64,000 nt of DNA from Coprobacter sp. Its GTDB lineage: Bacteria > Bacteroidota > Bacteroidia > Bacteroidales > UBA11471. The translations under genes and the position numbers were made by a program. The notes beneath the pieces were generated by a model. That model had not been told where the DNA came from. It ran no database searches and saw only the letters and a list, made by a program, of their open reading frames with translations. The stretch lies in assembly GCA_017462265.1 (NCBI GenBank), contig JAFTRN010000050.1, positions 26,147 to 90,146 of the forward strand. Reading direction: 5' to 3'. Below, one piece after another: positions 7,136 through 18,250 of this stretch. The number at the start of each line of letters is the position of its first letter. Position 1 is the first letter of the stretch.

Positions 7136-10100
7136 ATGAGAAAGAGAACGTATCTGCTATATATACTTCTATTTTTCAGCGGGATAAGTTTCTATCCCGC
7201 TTTTGCTGTATCGTCGTCGCCCTACGCCGATATATCGATAAATCCCGAAGATACCATTACGCGCACGCCCGCGCGATACCCGGTGGCCAAAACCTCGGTA
7301 GAGGAGTACAACGACCTGAAAAATCGCCCTGTCGCCGACCTGAAAACGCCCGAAAACGTACGTACCGAAATCGAATACGATGCCAAGACCAATTGCTACG
7401 TAGTGCGCACCAAAGTGGGTGATTTCGACGTATCTACCCCCTTCATGCTCACCGCCGACGAGTACAAGGATTACTCCCTGCAACAATCGATGCAACAATA
7501 TTACCGCGAGAAAAATGCCGAGGCGTTTGCCAACGGAGGTAAAGAGTTCAATCTGCTCGATATGCAGTTCAACGTGGCCGCCCTCGACAAGGTATTCGGC
7601 CCGGGCGGTGTGAAGCTCAAAACCAGTGGTTCGATGAGCCTTAAATTGAGCCTCGTAACCAATAAAATCGATAATCCCGCACTCACCGAGAGCGCCCGCA
7701 AAAAGAGCTATTTCGATTTCGACGAGAAGATACAGGCCTCTATCGACGCATCGGTCGGCACGAAGATAGGCTTCAAGATGACCTACAACACCGACGCCAC
7801 ATTCGACTTCGACGCACAGAAAATGGCACTCAAATACGAAGGCGACGAGGACCAGATAATCAAGAATATAGAGGTGGGAAACATAAGCATGACCACCGGC
7901 TCGTCGCTCATACGGGGCGGTTCGTCGCTCTTCGGTATGAAGACGACGCTGCAATTTGGCAAACTTACCGTCACCGGACTTGTGTCGCAACAAGAGACCG
8001 ATTCTAAGACCGTGAGCAGCAAAGGCGGAGCACAGACCACCGAATTTGAAATCAGCGCCGACAGTTACGACCAGAACCGCCACTTCTTCCTCTCGCACTA
8101 TTTCCGCGACAATTACGACCAATTCATCGCCCGCCTGCCCTATATCACCTCGGGTGTCACCATCAATCGGGTGGAGATATGGGTTACCAATAAGCAAGGC
8201 CGATACGACAATGCCCGCAATATCGTGGCCTTTGCCGACCTGGGCGAGACCGAGGCCGGCAACCTGGCCAGCAACCACTGGAGCACCACCGGCGCGCAAT
8301 ACCCCTCTAACACCGCCAACACGCTCTACAACGAGATTATAACCACCTATGCCGACGCCCGATACATCAACCAGACCACCCAAGTGCTCGCGGCCCTCGA
8401 GGCCTACGATATAAACGGCGGCGAGGACTACGCCAAGATAGAGAGTGCACGTCTGCTGTCGTCGTCGGAATATACCCTCAACACGCAACTCGGCTACGTA
8501 TCGCTCAATACCCAACTATCGAGCGACGAGGTGCTCGCCATCGCCTTTGAATACACAAAAAACGGGCAGGTATATCAGGTGGGTGAGTTCTCTACCGACA
8601 TTACCGACACCGAGCAATGCCTCTTTGTGAAAATGCTGAAAGGCTCTACCGTCACCAACAAGAAGCCCATCTGGCACTTGATGATGAAAAACGTCTATTC
8701 ACTCGGCGCCTATCAGATACAGAAAGACAACTTCCGCCTCAATATCTACTATCAGAACGACACCGCCGGTACCAACACCGCCTATCTCCCGGCCGGCAAT
8801 ATCAGAGAAAAAACACTGCTCGAGGTGATGAATCTCGACCGTCTCGACAACAACCAAGAGACCAATCGCGACGGTGTGTTCGACTACGTATCGGGTTACA
8901 CGGTACTTCCCTCGTCGGGGCGCATCATATTTCCGGTAGTCGAGCCGTTCGGCTCTCACCTACGCAAGGCCATAGGTACCGCCGATGCCGACCGATATGC
9001 CTTCCAAGAGCTCTACGACTCCACCCTCACCATCGCCAAGCAATTTGCCGATAAGAACAAATTCATTATCAAAGGCGAATACAAGGCCTCGAACAGCGCC
9101 GAAATACAACTCAACGCCTACAACGTGCCCCGCGGGTCGGTAACCGTCACAGCCGGCGGTGTGACACTCACCGAGAATGTCGATTACACGGTCGATTACA
9201 ACATGGGCGTAGTCACCATACTCAACCAGAGCTATATCGACTCGGGCACCAGCATCAACGTATCGCTCGAGAGCCAAAGTATCAGCCAACAACGCAAGAC
9301 CTTGGTAGGGCTCGATCTGAACTATGCCTTCAGCAAGGATTTCAACTTCGGGCTCACGCTCATGCACATGAAGGAGAAAGCGCTCACCGAGAAAGTAAAC
9401 CTCGGCAGCGAAGTACTCAACAATACCTTGTGGGGTTTCAACACCTCATACAACACCGAGTTTCAATGGATCACCTCGTGGCTCAACAAGATACCCACCG
9501 TCACCGCCACCGCCCCATCGAGGCTGTCGATTTCGGCCGAGTTTGCCCAACTCATACCCAACGAGAAGAAAAACGAAGACACCAACTCATATCTCGACGA
9601 CTTCGAAGGCTCGCAAACGACCATCGACATACGCACACCCTATTCGTGGACGCTCTCGGCCACACCATCGCTTTTCCTCGAATCGACACTCGCCGACAAT
9701 ATCGACTATGGCAAAAACCGGGCTTTGCTGGCTTGGTACTATATCGATCGCATCTTCACGCAACGCAACTCGTCGGCCACCCCGGCACATATCAAGAACG
9801 ACCTCGAACAGCTCTCGAACCACTATGTGCGTGAAGTGGAATACACCGAGGTATTCCCCAACAAGGAGCTCAATTACGGCGAATCCTCGGTCATGCAGGT
9901 GCTCAACCTCTCCTACTATCCCGAGGAGCGAGGCCCCTACAACCTCGATGCCGACAACGTAGATAGCGATGGCAAATTACTGAATCCCGAGAAGCGTTGG
10001 GGCGGTATCATGCGCAAAATGGACGTCACCGACTTCGATAACTCCAACATCGAGTACCTGCAATTCTGGCTTATGGATCCTTTCTTATATAATGAAGACG

Positions 10101-13100
10101 GCTCCAACAAAGGCGGTATGCTCTACTTCAACTTCGGCGAGGTGTCGGAAGACATTCTCAAAGACGGCATGAAATCGTATGAAAACGGGTTGCCGGTAAA
10201 CAACGACACCACCTACCTGTCATCGACCGTATGGGGACACGTATCACGCCAGCAATCACTCACATACGCTTTCGACAACAGCAGTGGCGCGCGCGAGCGA
10301 CAAGACGTAGGTCTCGATGGGCTATCCAATGCCGAAGAGATGTTCTTCTCTACCTATCACTCTTTCACCGAGAAACTGCGCAGTCGCCTATCGAGCGAGG
10401 CCGTTTCACGCATGACTGCCGACCCGCACTCCCCGCTCAACGATCCCGCCGGCGACAACTACCAATATTTCTTGGGCGAGGATTTCAACGAGAAAGAAAC
10501 CGACATTCTCACCCGATACAAATACTACAACGGCACCGAGGGTAACTCGCTTTCGTCGAAGGAGGTAGGAGACAAATACTATCAGTCATCGCGTAGCGTG
10601 CCCGATGTGGAGGACATCAACCAAGACAACACCCTCGACGAATACGAACGCTACTATCAATATGCCGTGCGCATCACCCCCGAAGACCTGCAAGTAGGCA
10701 GTAACTACATCACCGATGTGCGCTCGGTGCAGGTACCGCTGCGCAACGGAACCACCGAGACCGTGCGCTGGTATCAGTTCAAGATACCCCTGCGCGACGA
10801 TAGCGAGACCGGCAACCACGAGCCTCGTAAAACCGTCGGAGCAATACAAGATTTCACCAGCATACGTTTCGCCCGTATGTTCCTCACCGGGTTCAACAAA
10901 GAGACACATCTGCGTTTTGCCACGCTCGAGCTTGTACGCGGCGAGTGGCGCACCTACGAATATCGGTTACATTCCGACATGGCCGGTAGCAGCAACGCCC
11001 CCGCCGAAGGCGACATCGACGTATCGGTGGTAAATATCGAGGAAAATGCCGGACAGACACCCGTAAACTATGTATTACCCCCGGGCGTAACCCGTATCGT
11101 GTCGCCCGACCAATCGCAAATAACCCAGCTCAACGAGCAGGCCATCTCGCTCACCATAAGAGACCTGCCCTCGAAAAACGCCCGCGCCATATACAAAACA
11201 TCGGGTACCGATATGCGCAACTACAAGCGTCTGCAAATGTTCACCCACGCCGAACAGCTTATCGACGACGTCACCGACTTGAAAAACGGCGAGCTCTCTA
11301 TCTTCATACGATTGGGCTCGGACTATTGCAACAACTACTACGAATACGAAATACCCCTGCAACTCACCCCGGCCGGACGCTACAACACATACAGCACCAG
11401 CGATAGGGAAAAGGTGTGGCCCGAAGCCAATATGTTCGATTTCGAACTCGAACTGCTCACCAACCTCAAGCAAGAGCGCAACGCCTCGCGCAAAGACAAC
11501 GGTTCGGGCGCAAGCACCACCGTAGCTTATACCGGCTACGACCCCGATAAGCCTACAAACAAAATTACCGTCATGGGTAACCCCTCACTGTCAAACGTGA
11601 AAACAATACTCATCGGTGTACGCAACAATACCGGACGCAAGAAGAGTGCCACGGTATGGATCAACGAGTTGCGACTGAGAGGATTCAACGAAGAGGGCGG
11701 TTGGGCCGCCAAAGGTAATGTGAACCTTGCCGTCTCGGATATCGCCACCTTGAATATGAGCGGACACATAGAGACCACCGGTTTCGGCGGTATAGACGAA
11801 AGCCTCAACGAACGTCGCCTCGACGACCTCTATCAGTATAGTTTCGCCGCCATGGTCGATGTGGGCCGTTTCTTTCCCGAAAAAGCCAAAATCAAAGCGC
11901 CTATATTCTATTCCTATTCGACGGAGAAATTCCTCCCCAAATACAACCCGCTCGACCAAGACATCAGGCTGTCCGACGCGCTCGATGCCGCCATAAACGA
12001 TGCCGAGCGAGACTCTATCAAGAAATTGGCCGTCACACAATCAACCGCGAAAAGCTTCAGCTTATCGGGCTTCAAGGTCGATGTCAAGAGCAAGAACCCC
12101 ATGCCCTACGACCCCGCCAACTTCTCGATAAGCTATTCTCAAAATAAGCAACACGACAACGATCCCACCACCGCATACGAGAATACCAATACCTATAACG
12201 GCAATTTCATTTACAACTATTCCCACTTGTTGAAACCGTGGAAACCATTTGCCAAAATAAAGTCGAAATCGAAACGGTTTGACGTACTCAAGAAGATGAG
12301 CATCAATTACCTGCCCAACAATATCTCGTTCGGCACAAGTATGTCGCGCTACTACTACGAGCAACAACTGCGCAGTATCGACGACGCCAGCATAGAACTG
12401 CCTATATCGGTAAGCAAGAGTTTCTTATGGGACAGACAATTCTCCATACAATGGAATCTGTTGCAAAGCCTCTCTATGAACCTATCCACCGCTACCAACG
12501 CCCGCATCGAAGAGCCGTCGGGAGCCGTAAACAAGCGCCTCTTTGCCGACGAATACACGATATGGAAAGACTCGGTAAAGAATAGTCTGCGACACTTCGG
12601 TACGCCCTGGGAATATCGCCAGAGCTTTAACGCCACCTTCAACGTGCCACTCAACAACATACAGGCGCTCAACTGGATTACCCTCAAATCGACCTACAAC
12701 GCGTCGTACAACTGGGATCGTGGCGCAAGTATCGACGACAGCACCAACGTGGGCAACAGCATCAGCAACCAAGGTCGCCTGTCGGTAACAAGTCGTTTCA
12801 ACCTCGAAACACTCTACAACAAATCGTCGTACCTCAAAAAGGTCAATCAGAAATTCAGCAGTAAAGGTCGGTCGACCGCCCGTCCGCAACAACGTCGCAC
12901 CCGTTATCAACGCACCATCACCCTCAAAACCGATACCACCATCACCATAAAGCACAACCTCAAAGCCAAAAAGCCCGTGGTGAAGGCTACCCTCAACGGC
13001 AAAGAGTTTCCCATAAAATACAATGTTGTAAACGAGAATACAATCTGCATCGAGAACAAGGGTACCGAAAAAATCGCCTTGGTCGTACTCCCCGGTAAGA

Positions 13101-14560
13101 ATCCCGAAGACAACAAATGGTATAAATTGGGGCAATACTCGGCCCGATTTGCCATGATGCTACGCAGTGTCAATGTGCAATACTCCAACACCCGAGCCAT
13201 GACACTTCCCTCGTTCGAACCATCGGTCGGCGATTTGTTCGGACAGTCCAACAATTACGACAGTATGAGTCCGGGACTGGGCTTCGCCTTTGCCACCGTG
13301 GGCGAGAATTTCATTCAGAAATCGGCCGAGAGAGGCTGGCTTATGACACAAGACTCATCGTTGGTGAGCCCGGCCATACACAACCGCACCAACGATTTGC
13401 AAGCCGATATAGTACTCGAACCGCTAAACAGTTTCAAAATCACGCTCAATATAGCCCGCAGTCATAGCCGCAACAACCAGATATACTTCATGTACGATGG
13501 TATGCCCACCACCCGAGGCGGTAATTTCACCATGACTCACGTGGCCATCGCTACCGCTATGCGTAAACTATCGGCCGATAACGGGTATCAATCCGCCGCC
13601 TTCGACAGATTCCTCGAAAACCGGGCCATCATAGCCTCTCGCCTCGAAAATGCCTACAACCGCACGGTGTATCCGAGTGCCGACTTCATAGACCAAACTC
13701 ACCTCACCGGGAAGCCTTATAGCAGCGCCAACGGCGGTGTAAACCCCAGCTCGGCCGATGTAATGATTCCGGCATTCATTGCCGCCTACACGGGAAAAGA
13801 TGCCAACACCATCGACCTCACGGCTTTCCCCTCGTGGAAACAACTCATACCCAACTGGAAAGTCTCCTACGATGGCCTCTCCAAGCTCAAAAAGATGCAA
13901 AAGCACTTCAAGAGCTTCGTCATTTCGCACGCCTATAAATGTACCTACAATGTAAACAGCTTCACCTCCTACCTCAACTGGGCCGGTATAGGCAGTGGCG
14001 AGAATATGGGATTTATCAAGGATTCACAATCGGGCCTGCCCATACCCTCATCGCCCTACGACATCTCATCGGTAACGTTTGTCGAGAGTTTTGCACCTCT
14101 GTTGGGGGTAGATTTCACAATGAGAAACAACCTATCGGGAAGCATCGCCTACAAAAATACCCGAAATCTCAACCTCAGCATATCGTCGGTGCAAATAGTA
14201 GAGGCCATAACCCAAGACTTCACCATAGGTGTGGGGTATAAAATCACCAATCTCAAAGGCTTCTTCAGTGGTAAAGGGGGAAAACAGGGTACATTCAGTA
14301 ACGACTTGAACCTGCGAGGAGATTTCTCGTTCAAAAAGACACATTCGCTGATACGACGCATCGAGCAACAATACACGCAAGCCACGGCGGGTAACAAGGC
14401 CCTCAACATGAAATATTCGGCCGAATACAAGCTCAGCAAATATATCTCGTTGCAAGCCTACTACGACCTGCAAATCACCACGCCGCTTATATCGTCGAGC
14501 AGCTATCCTATGCTCAATAGCGACATAGGTATCACCATCAAGCTCGACCTGGCCCGATAA
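7136..14560 (+). CDS. sprA: T9SS translocon SprA (Sov family)
   Basis: The protein is 2474 aa with a signal peptide. Its size, its position after ruvA (a conserved pairing in Bacteroidetes) and its beta-strand-rich composition fit SprA. Confidence 0.85.
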   Translation: MRKRTYLLYILLFFSGISFYPAFAVSSSPYADISINPEDTITRTPARYPVAKTSVEEYNDLKNRPVADLKTPENVRTEIEYDAKTNCYVVRTKVGDFDVSTPFMLTADEYKDYSLQQSMQQYYREKNAEAFANGGKEFNLLDMQFNVAALDKVFGPGGVKLKTSGSMSLKLSLVTNKIDNPALTESARKKSYFDFDEKIQASIDASVGTKIGFKMTYNTDATFDFDAQKMALKYEGDEDQIIKNIEVGNISMTTGSSLIRGGSSLFGMKTTLQFGKLTVTGLVSQQETDSKTVSSKGGAQTTEFEISADSYDQNRHFFLSHYFRDNYDQFIARLPYITSGVTINRVEIWVTNKQGRYDNARNIVAFADLGETEAGNLASNHWSTTGAQYPSNTANTLYNEIITTYADARYINQTTQVLAALEAYDINGGEDYAKIESARLLSSSEYTLNTQLGYVSLNTQLSSDEVLAIAFEYTKNGQVYQVGEFSTDITDTEQCLFVKMLKGSTVTNKKPIWHLMMKNVYSLGAYQIQKDNFRLNIYYQNDTAGTNTAYLPAGNIREKTLLEVMNLDRLDNNQETNRDGVFDYVSGYTVLPSSGRIIFPVVEPFGSHLRKAIGTADADRYAFQELYDSTLTIAKQFADKNKFIIKGEYKASNSAEIQLNAYNVPRGSVTVTAGGVTLTENVDYTVDYNMGVVTILNQSYIDSGTSINVSLESQSISQQRKTLVGLDLNYAFSKDFNFGLTLMHMKEKALTEKVNLGSEVLNNTLWGFNTSYNTEFQWITSWLNKIPTVTATAPSRLSISAEFAQLIPNEKKNEDTNSYLDDFEGSQTTIDIRTPYSWTLSATPSLFLESTLADNIDYGKNRALLAWYYIDRIFTQRNSSATPAHIKNDLEQLSNHYVREVEYTEVFPNKELNYGESSVMQVLNLSYYPEERGPYNLDADNVDSDGKLLNPEKRWGGIMRKMDVTDFDNSNIEYLQFWLMDPFLYNEDGSNKGGMLYFNFGEVSEDILKDGMKSYENGLPVNNDTTYLSSTVWGHVSRQQSLTYAFDNSSGARERQDVGLDGLSNAEEMFFSTYHSFTEKLRSRLSSEAVSRMTADPHSPLNDPAGDNYQYFLGEDFNEKETDILTRYKYYNGTEGNSLSSKEVGDKYYQSSRSVPDVEDINQDNTLDEYERYYQYAVRITPEDLQVGSNYITDVRSVQVPLRNGTTETVRWYQFKIPLRDDSETGNHEPRKTVGAIQDFTSIRFARMFLTGFNKETHLRFATLELVRGEWRTYEYRLHSDMAGSSNAPAEGDIDVSVVNIEENAGQTPVNYVLPPGVTRIVSPDQSQITQLNEQAISLTIRDLPSKNARAIYKTSGTDMRNYKRLQMFTHAEQLIDDVTDLKNGELSIFIRLGSDYCNNYYEYEIPLQLTPAGRYNTYSTSDREKVWPEANMFDFELELLTNLKQERNASRKDNGSGASTTVAYTGYDPDKPTNKITVMGNPSLSNVKTILIGVRNNTGRKKSATVWINELRLRGFNEEGGWAAKGNVNLAVSDIATLNMSGHIETTGFGGIDESLNERRLDDLYQYSFAAMVDVGRFFPEKAKIKAPIFYSYSTEKFLPKYNPLDQDIRLSDALDAAINDAERDSIKKLAVTQSTAKSFSLSGFKVDVKSKNPMPYDPANFSISYSQNKQHDNDPTTAYENTNTYNGNFIYNYSHLLKPWKPFAKIKSKSKRFDVLKKMSINYLPNNISFGTSMSRYYYEQQLRSIDDASIELPISVSKSFLWDRQFSIQWNLLQSLSMNLSTATNARIEEPSGAVNKRLFADEYTIWKDSVKNSLRHFGTPWEYRQSFNATFNVPLNNIQALNWITLKSTYNASYNWDRGASIDDSTNVGNSISNQGRLSVTSRFNLETLYNKSSYLKKVNQKFSSKGRSTARPQQRRTRYQRTITLKTDTTITIKHNLKAKKPVVKATLNGKEFPIKYNVVNENTICIENKGTEKIALVVLPGKNPEDNKWYKLGQYSARFAMMLRSVNVQYSNTRAMTLPSFEPSVGDLFGQSNNYDSMSPGLGFAFATVGENFIQKSAERGWLMTQDSSLVSPAIHNRTNDLQADIVLEPLNSFKITLNIARSHSRNNQIYFMYDGMPTTRGGNFTMTHVAIATAMRKLSADNGYQSAAFDRFLENRAIIASRLENAYNRTVYPSADFIDQTHLTGKPYSSANGGVNPSSADVMIPAFIAAYTGKDANTIDLTAFPSWKQLIPNWKVSYDGLSKLKKMQKHFKSFVISHAYKCTYNVNSFTSYLNWAGIGSGENMGFIKDSQSGLPIPSSPYDISSVTFVESFAPLLGVDFTMRNNLSGSIAYKNTRNLNLSISSVQIVEAITQDFTIGVGYKITNLKGFFSGKGGKQGTFSNDLNLRGDFSFKKTHSLIRRIEQQYTQATAGNKALNMKYSAEYKLSKYISLQAYYDLQITTPLISSSSYPMLNSDIGITIKLDLAR

Positions 14561-14569
14561 TTTTGGTTT

Positions 14570-15328
14570 TTAATCCTCTAAGAATTGTTCGAGAGTGAGC
14601 ACGCCGTCGGCATGACGGGCGTATGAGAAATGCTGTATCCAGTCACCGAGTATCACCACCCGACTATTGCGAGCAAGCATCAAATCGAGCATAATATGGC
14701 GATGTCCGAAAATGAAATAATCGATATGCGGGTGCGACGAATCGGCCAAGTAATCCTTGGCATAACGCACCAAGAACTCGTTGTCCTCACCCCGATAGGG
14801 AATATCATCGCCATGCTTGCGACTATGCGATGACCATCGATTGGCAAACGCCACTGTCCACCGAGGGTGTATCGAGGAGTAAAGCCATTGACAGAAACGG
14901 CTGTGAAAAATGGCCCGCAGAAATCGGAACGAAAGCGGTGTGCGGCCCAGCCCGTCGCCATGGGCCAAATATACATTCACGTCACCCAATTTCACAATAC
15001 AGGGCGACTTATGCACCTTGATACCCAACTCCGCCGGTAAATAATCAAAAATCCATATATCATGATTGCCGATAAACCAATGTATCTCTATCCCAAGATC
15101 GGACAGCTCGGCAATTTTTCCCAAGAAACGAACAAAGCCGCGAGGTACTACATAGCGATACTCATACCAATAGTCGAGTATGTCGCCCAAGAGGTATATC
15201 GTAGCGGCATCGTCCTTTATACTGTCAAGCCACCGCACCACTTTCCGCTCCCGCTCAATACGCGCCGTGGGCGACTCGGTATGGGTGCCCAGATGCAAGT
15301 CTGATAGGAAATAGGTGGCTGTTCTCAT
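14570..15328 (-). CDS. lpxH: UDP-2,3-diacylglucosamine diphosphatase (LpxH-type metallophosphoesterase)
   Basis: Metallophosphoesterase motifs in LpxH order are present: YFLSDLHLG...LLGDILDYW...GNHDIW...AHGDGLG...GHRH. Confidence 0.8.
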   Translation of the reverse strand: MRTATYFLSDLHLGTHTESPTARIERERKVVRWLDSIKDDAATIYLLGDILDYWYEYRYVVPRGFVRFLGKIAELSDLGIEIHWFIGNHDIWIFDYLPAELGIKVHKSPCIVKLGDVNVYLAHGDGLGRTPLSFRFLRAIFHSRFCQWLYSSIHPRWTVAFANRWSSHSRKHGDDIPYRGEDNEFLVRYAKDYLADSSHPHIDYFIFGHRHIMLDLMLARNSRVVILGDWIQHFSYARHADGVLTLEQFLED

Positions 15329-15341
15329 CGATGTCAGTGAT

Positions 15342-15647
15342 TTATAAAAAGCCTAATTCGAGTTTTGCCTCCTCGCTCATCATATCTTTGTTCCATTCCG
15401 GCTCAAAGACAAGGTTTATCGTAGCTGATTTCACACCCTCGACGCTCTCAACCTTTTGGCGCACATCTTCGGCTATAAAATCGGCAGCCGGGCAATTCGG
15501 CGCCGTAAGTGTCATATCTATCACCACATTGGTGTCGTCATCGATATCCACTTTATATATCAGGCCCAGGTCATAGACATTGACCGGTATTTCGGGATCG
15601 TAAACGGTGCGAAGCATCTTCACGATTTTTTCTTCCAATTCGAGCAT
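15342..15647 (-). CDS. DUF59 / SufT-like Fe-S cluster assembly protein
   Basis: LRTVYDPEIPVNVYDLGLIY...MTLTAPNCPAADFI matches the MIP18/DUF59 family pattern. Confidence 0.75.
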   Translation of the reverse strand: MLELEEKIVKMLRTVYDPEIPVNVYDLGLIYKVDIDDDTNVVIDMTLTAPNCPAADFIAEDVRQKVESVEGVKSATINLVFEPEWNKDMMSEEAKLELGFL

Positions 15648-15660
15648 AATATACGATTTT

Positions 15661-15727
15661 AGAAGCTGTTTGAATATGTTTTATGAAGCCATGCTTATTT
15701 TTTCAAGAAAGTTAAACACAACTTCTT
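15661..15727 (+). repeat. dispersed intergenic repeat, copy D
   Basis: gttttatgaagccatgcttattttttcaagaaagttaaacacaacttct aligns by eye with copies A-C. It is preceded by the inverted end motif agaagctgtttga (15661-15673). Confidence 0.7.
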
Positions 15728-16142
15728 AGTATCGTGATTTATTTCCGGGAGCATTGCCCTTACGGTGCGATGAACGGGTATGTTTTACAGGCGCTGAAGC
15801 TGAACGTCTCGACACAAAAGTGATGTCATCGTCAGTATTCTTACGCCCCCCGCCTCGTGTACCTTTGTGCGACGATTTACGAGCCGGCTCATCGTCGGCC
15901 GGGGTTCTCACCACACGTTTACGGGCCGGTTTCGGGGTCTTGGGACGCTCCTCGAACGATACAGGATTGGCCCGCAACGTCTCCCCGTCGATACGCACAC
16001 TATCGCCCTCGCTCACCCGGGTACCCGGCATTGCCAACTCTCCATTTACCGTCACACGAGCATCTTCTATCAATTTGTCGGCCTCTCGGCGCGAACAAAA
16101 TCCCGTGTCGCTTATATACTTGTTTATACGTACTTGTACCAT
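15726..16142 (-). CDS. S4-domain RNA-binding protein with a basic C-terminal tail
   Basis: VRINKYISDTGFCSRREADKLIEDARVTVNGELAMPGTRV is an S4 motif. I moved the start to ATG 16142 so that the gene does not overlap murI. The tail is rich in R, K and P. Confidence 0.7.
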   Translation of the reverse strand: MVQVRINKYISDTGFCSRREADKLIEDARVTVNGELAMPGTRVSEGDSVRIDGETLRANPVSFEERPKTPKPARKRVVRTPADDEPARKSSHKGTRGGGRKNTDDDITFVSRRSASAPVKHTRSSHRKGNAPGNKSRY

Positions 16143-16144
16143 AT

Positions 16145-16999
16145 CTACTCCAATGTCACGCGTGAAGCTGTAATCTTTTTCTGTAAAAATACCGATGCCG
16201 AAGCCACAAATTTCTCGGGCAGTTCCGTGGTGTAGAACGTACAATCACCACCACGGGTACAACGAGTTTCCATCTCGGGGTGACGCGCCAGATAGTCACG
16301 AAGACTCTCGGCCACTATCGCGCCTTGCGACAGCGGAGTTACTCCCTCGGGAAGATACCGGCGTATCTTATCGAGCAACAACGGATAGTGCGTACAGCCC
16401 AATATCACGGTATCGATGTCGGGCTCTTGCGCCATAAGCGCGTCGATGTTTTTGCGCACAAAATAATCGGCTCCCGGGCTGTCATATTCTCTATTCTCCA
16501 CCAACGGCACCCACATGGGGCAAGCCTCACCATAGACCTTCACATCGGGGAACAACTTGCATATCTCGAGTTTGTACGAGTGCGATTGTATGGTTCCGGC
16601 CGTGGCTAATACCCCCACTTTGCGGGTACGAGTAAGATTGCCTACCAGCTCGGCCGTAGGACGTATGACACCCAACACCCTGCGATCGGGAGCCACTACC
16701 GGCAGGTCGCGCATCTGTATGGTGCGCAAGGCCTTTGCCGAGGCCGTATTACACGCCAATATCACCAATCGGCACCCCATGGCAAACAACTTGAGTACCG
16801 CTTGTCGGGTAAATTCATACACCACCTCGAACGAACGTGTTCCGTAGGGTGTACGAGCATTATCACCCAAATAAATATACTCATATTCGGGCATCAAACG
16901 ACGTATCTCGTCGAGAATAGTAAGACCACCGTAGCCCGAATCGAAAATTCCGATAGGTCCGGGACGGTGGTCTGCTATAAAGTTCGGCATAATATTCAC
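16145..16999 (-). CDS. murI: glutamate racemase
   Basis: MurI motifs are present: IGIFDSGYGGLT...YLGDNARTPYG...ILACNTASA...LGCTHYPLL. Confidence 0.9.
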   Translation of the reverse strand: MNIMPNFIADHRPGPIGIFDSGYGGLTILDEIRRLMPEYEYIYLGDNARTPYGTRSFEVVYEFTRQAVLKLFAMGCRLVILACNTASAKALRTIQMRDLPVVAPDRRVLGVIRPTAELVGNLTRTRKVGVLATAGTIQSHSYKLEICKLFPDVKVYGEACPMWVPLVENREYDSPGADYFVRKNIDALMAQEPDIDTVILGCTHYPLLLDKIRRYLPEGVTPLSQGAIVAESLRDYLARHPEMETRCTRGGDCTFYTTELPEKFVASASVFLQKKITASRVTLE

Positions 17000-17041
17000 T
17001 CAAAAAATATATTTTCGGGATTGCGCCGCATCAAACGGGTA

Positions 17042-17545
17042 TTACAATCCCATTTTTGCTTTCACCAAGGGAGTTGCATCGATGGCTTGACCACCCGAAT
17101 ACAATACGGAGGGTATGCTGAGGTCGAAGATGAAGGTGAAACCATTTTCATCACCGACAGCTTTCACGGCAGCCGAGATTTTCTCTTGCAACGGAGCAAT
17201 CATTTTGTTTTGTTGCTCTTCGAGGTCCGAAGCAGCCACCTCTCGGAAATTCTGAATGCGTTGTTGCATCTCTTGAATCTCCTGCATACGACGTTGCTTG
17301 ATGTTTTCGGGCAGCGAATCCTGAGCATTTACAAAATCTTTGTATTTTGTCTGGAATTCTTCCTGCATTTTCATAAATTCGCCTTCATATTGTTTCGAAA
17401 GAGCCTCTAACTGTTTTTCGGCAGTAGCTTTCTCGGGCATAATATTAAAAATCTCTACGGTATTTACCGTTCCGAATTTAAGGGTTTGAGCCGACAAGCT
17501 CAAGGGCAAAGCCACAATGGCAATGAGAAGAAGTTTTTTAATCAT
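17042..17545 (-). CDS. OmpH/Skp-family periplasmic chaperone
   Basis: The protein has a signal peptide and a long Q/E/K-rich coiled coil. It lies downstream of bamA. Confidence 0.8.
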   Translation of the reverse strand: MIKKLLLIAIVALPLSLSAQTLKFGTVNTVEIFNIMPEKATAEKQLEALSKQYEGEFMKMQEEFQTKYKDFVNAQDSLPENIKQRRMQEIQEMQQRIQNFREVAASDLEEQQNKMIAPLQEKISAAVKAVGDENGFTFIFDLSIPSVLYSGGQAIDATPLVKAKMGL

Positions 17546-17645
17546 GATATGATTTTTTAAGTTTATATTCTTTTTTCAAGCGCCAAGCAGTCGCAAAGAT
17601 TTTATACCGCTGCATGAAGCCTATTTATATCGCAAATGTATGAAT

Positions 17646-18161
17646 TTATTTTGAAAAACCCAATTTCTCGAGTACTTCATTGCTTATATCGATACGCGGC
17701 GAGGCAAAAATGATATTCGACGACGACGCCCTATCTATCACCATTTGGTAGCCTTTGTTCTCGGAGATGGTCTTCACCGCCTCGTATATATCGTCTTGAA
17801 TAGGCTTCATCAGGCTCTCGCGTTTTTTGTAGAGTTCACCCTCGGGACCGAAATATTTCCGGCGCAGATCTTGCGCAGCCTTGTCCTGCTCGAGAATTTC
17901 CTCCTCTTTCTGTTTTTTCTGCGCGTCGGTGAGGAACACGGCATTTGCCTGATACTCTTTGTACATCTCCTCTACCTTTTGAGCCTGAGTCGTAATCTCT
18001 TTTTCCCATCGGAGCGAGATCTGTTTCAACTGCTCATTGGCCATTTCGTAAGCCGGAATGTTTTTGAGTATATACTCCATATCGATAAGTGCGAATTTCT
18101 GTGCCTGAGCACTTCCGGCACATGCAAGCAATAGAGCCACAAACAATAATAATCGTTTCAT
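17646..18161 (-). CDS. OmpH/Skp-family periplasmic chaperone (second paralog)
   Basis: The protein has the signal peptide MKRLLLFVALLLACAGSAQA and a coiled-coil body. It lies directly downstream of bamA. Confidence 0.8.
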   Translation of the reverse strand: MKRLLLFVALLLACAGSAQAQKFALIDMEYILKNIPAYEMANEQLKQISLRWEKEITTQAQKVEEMYKEYQANAVFLTDAQKKQKEEEILEQDKAAQDLRRKYFGPEGELYKKRESLMKPIQDDIYEAVKTISENKGYQMVIDRASSSNIIFASPRIDISNEVLEKLGFSK

Positions 18162-18250
18162 AGGTCTGTCGTTTAGAAGTTACATTCTTAGAAGCTGTTT
18201 GACAGTTTCTTATATTAAAACAATCGGTACAATGTTTCGGTTGCAACCGG

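Noticed and set aside
7169-8515. A 448-aa minus-strand ORF inside sprA
   Set aside because: It is antisense to a 2474-aa gene with coherent protein-like sequence. Its composition is Gly/Val/Arg-rich, typical of a GC-skewed shadow frame.
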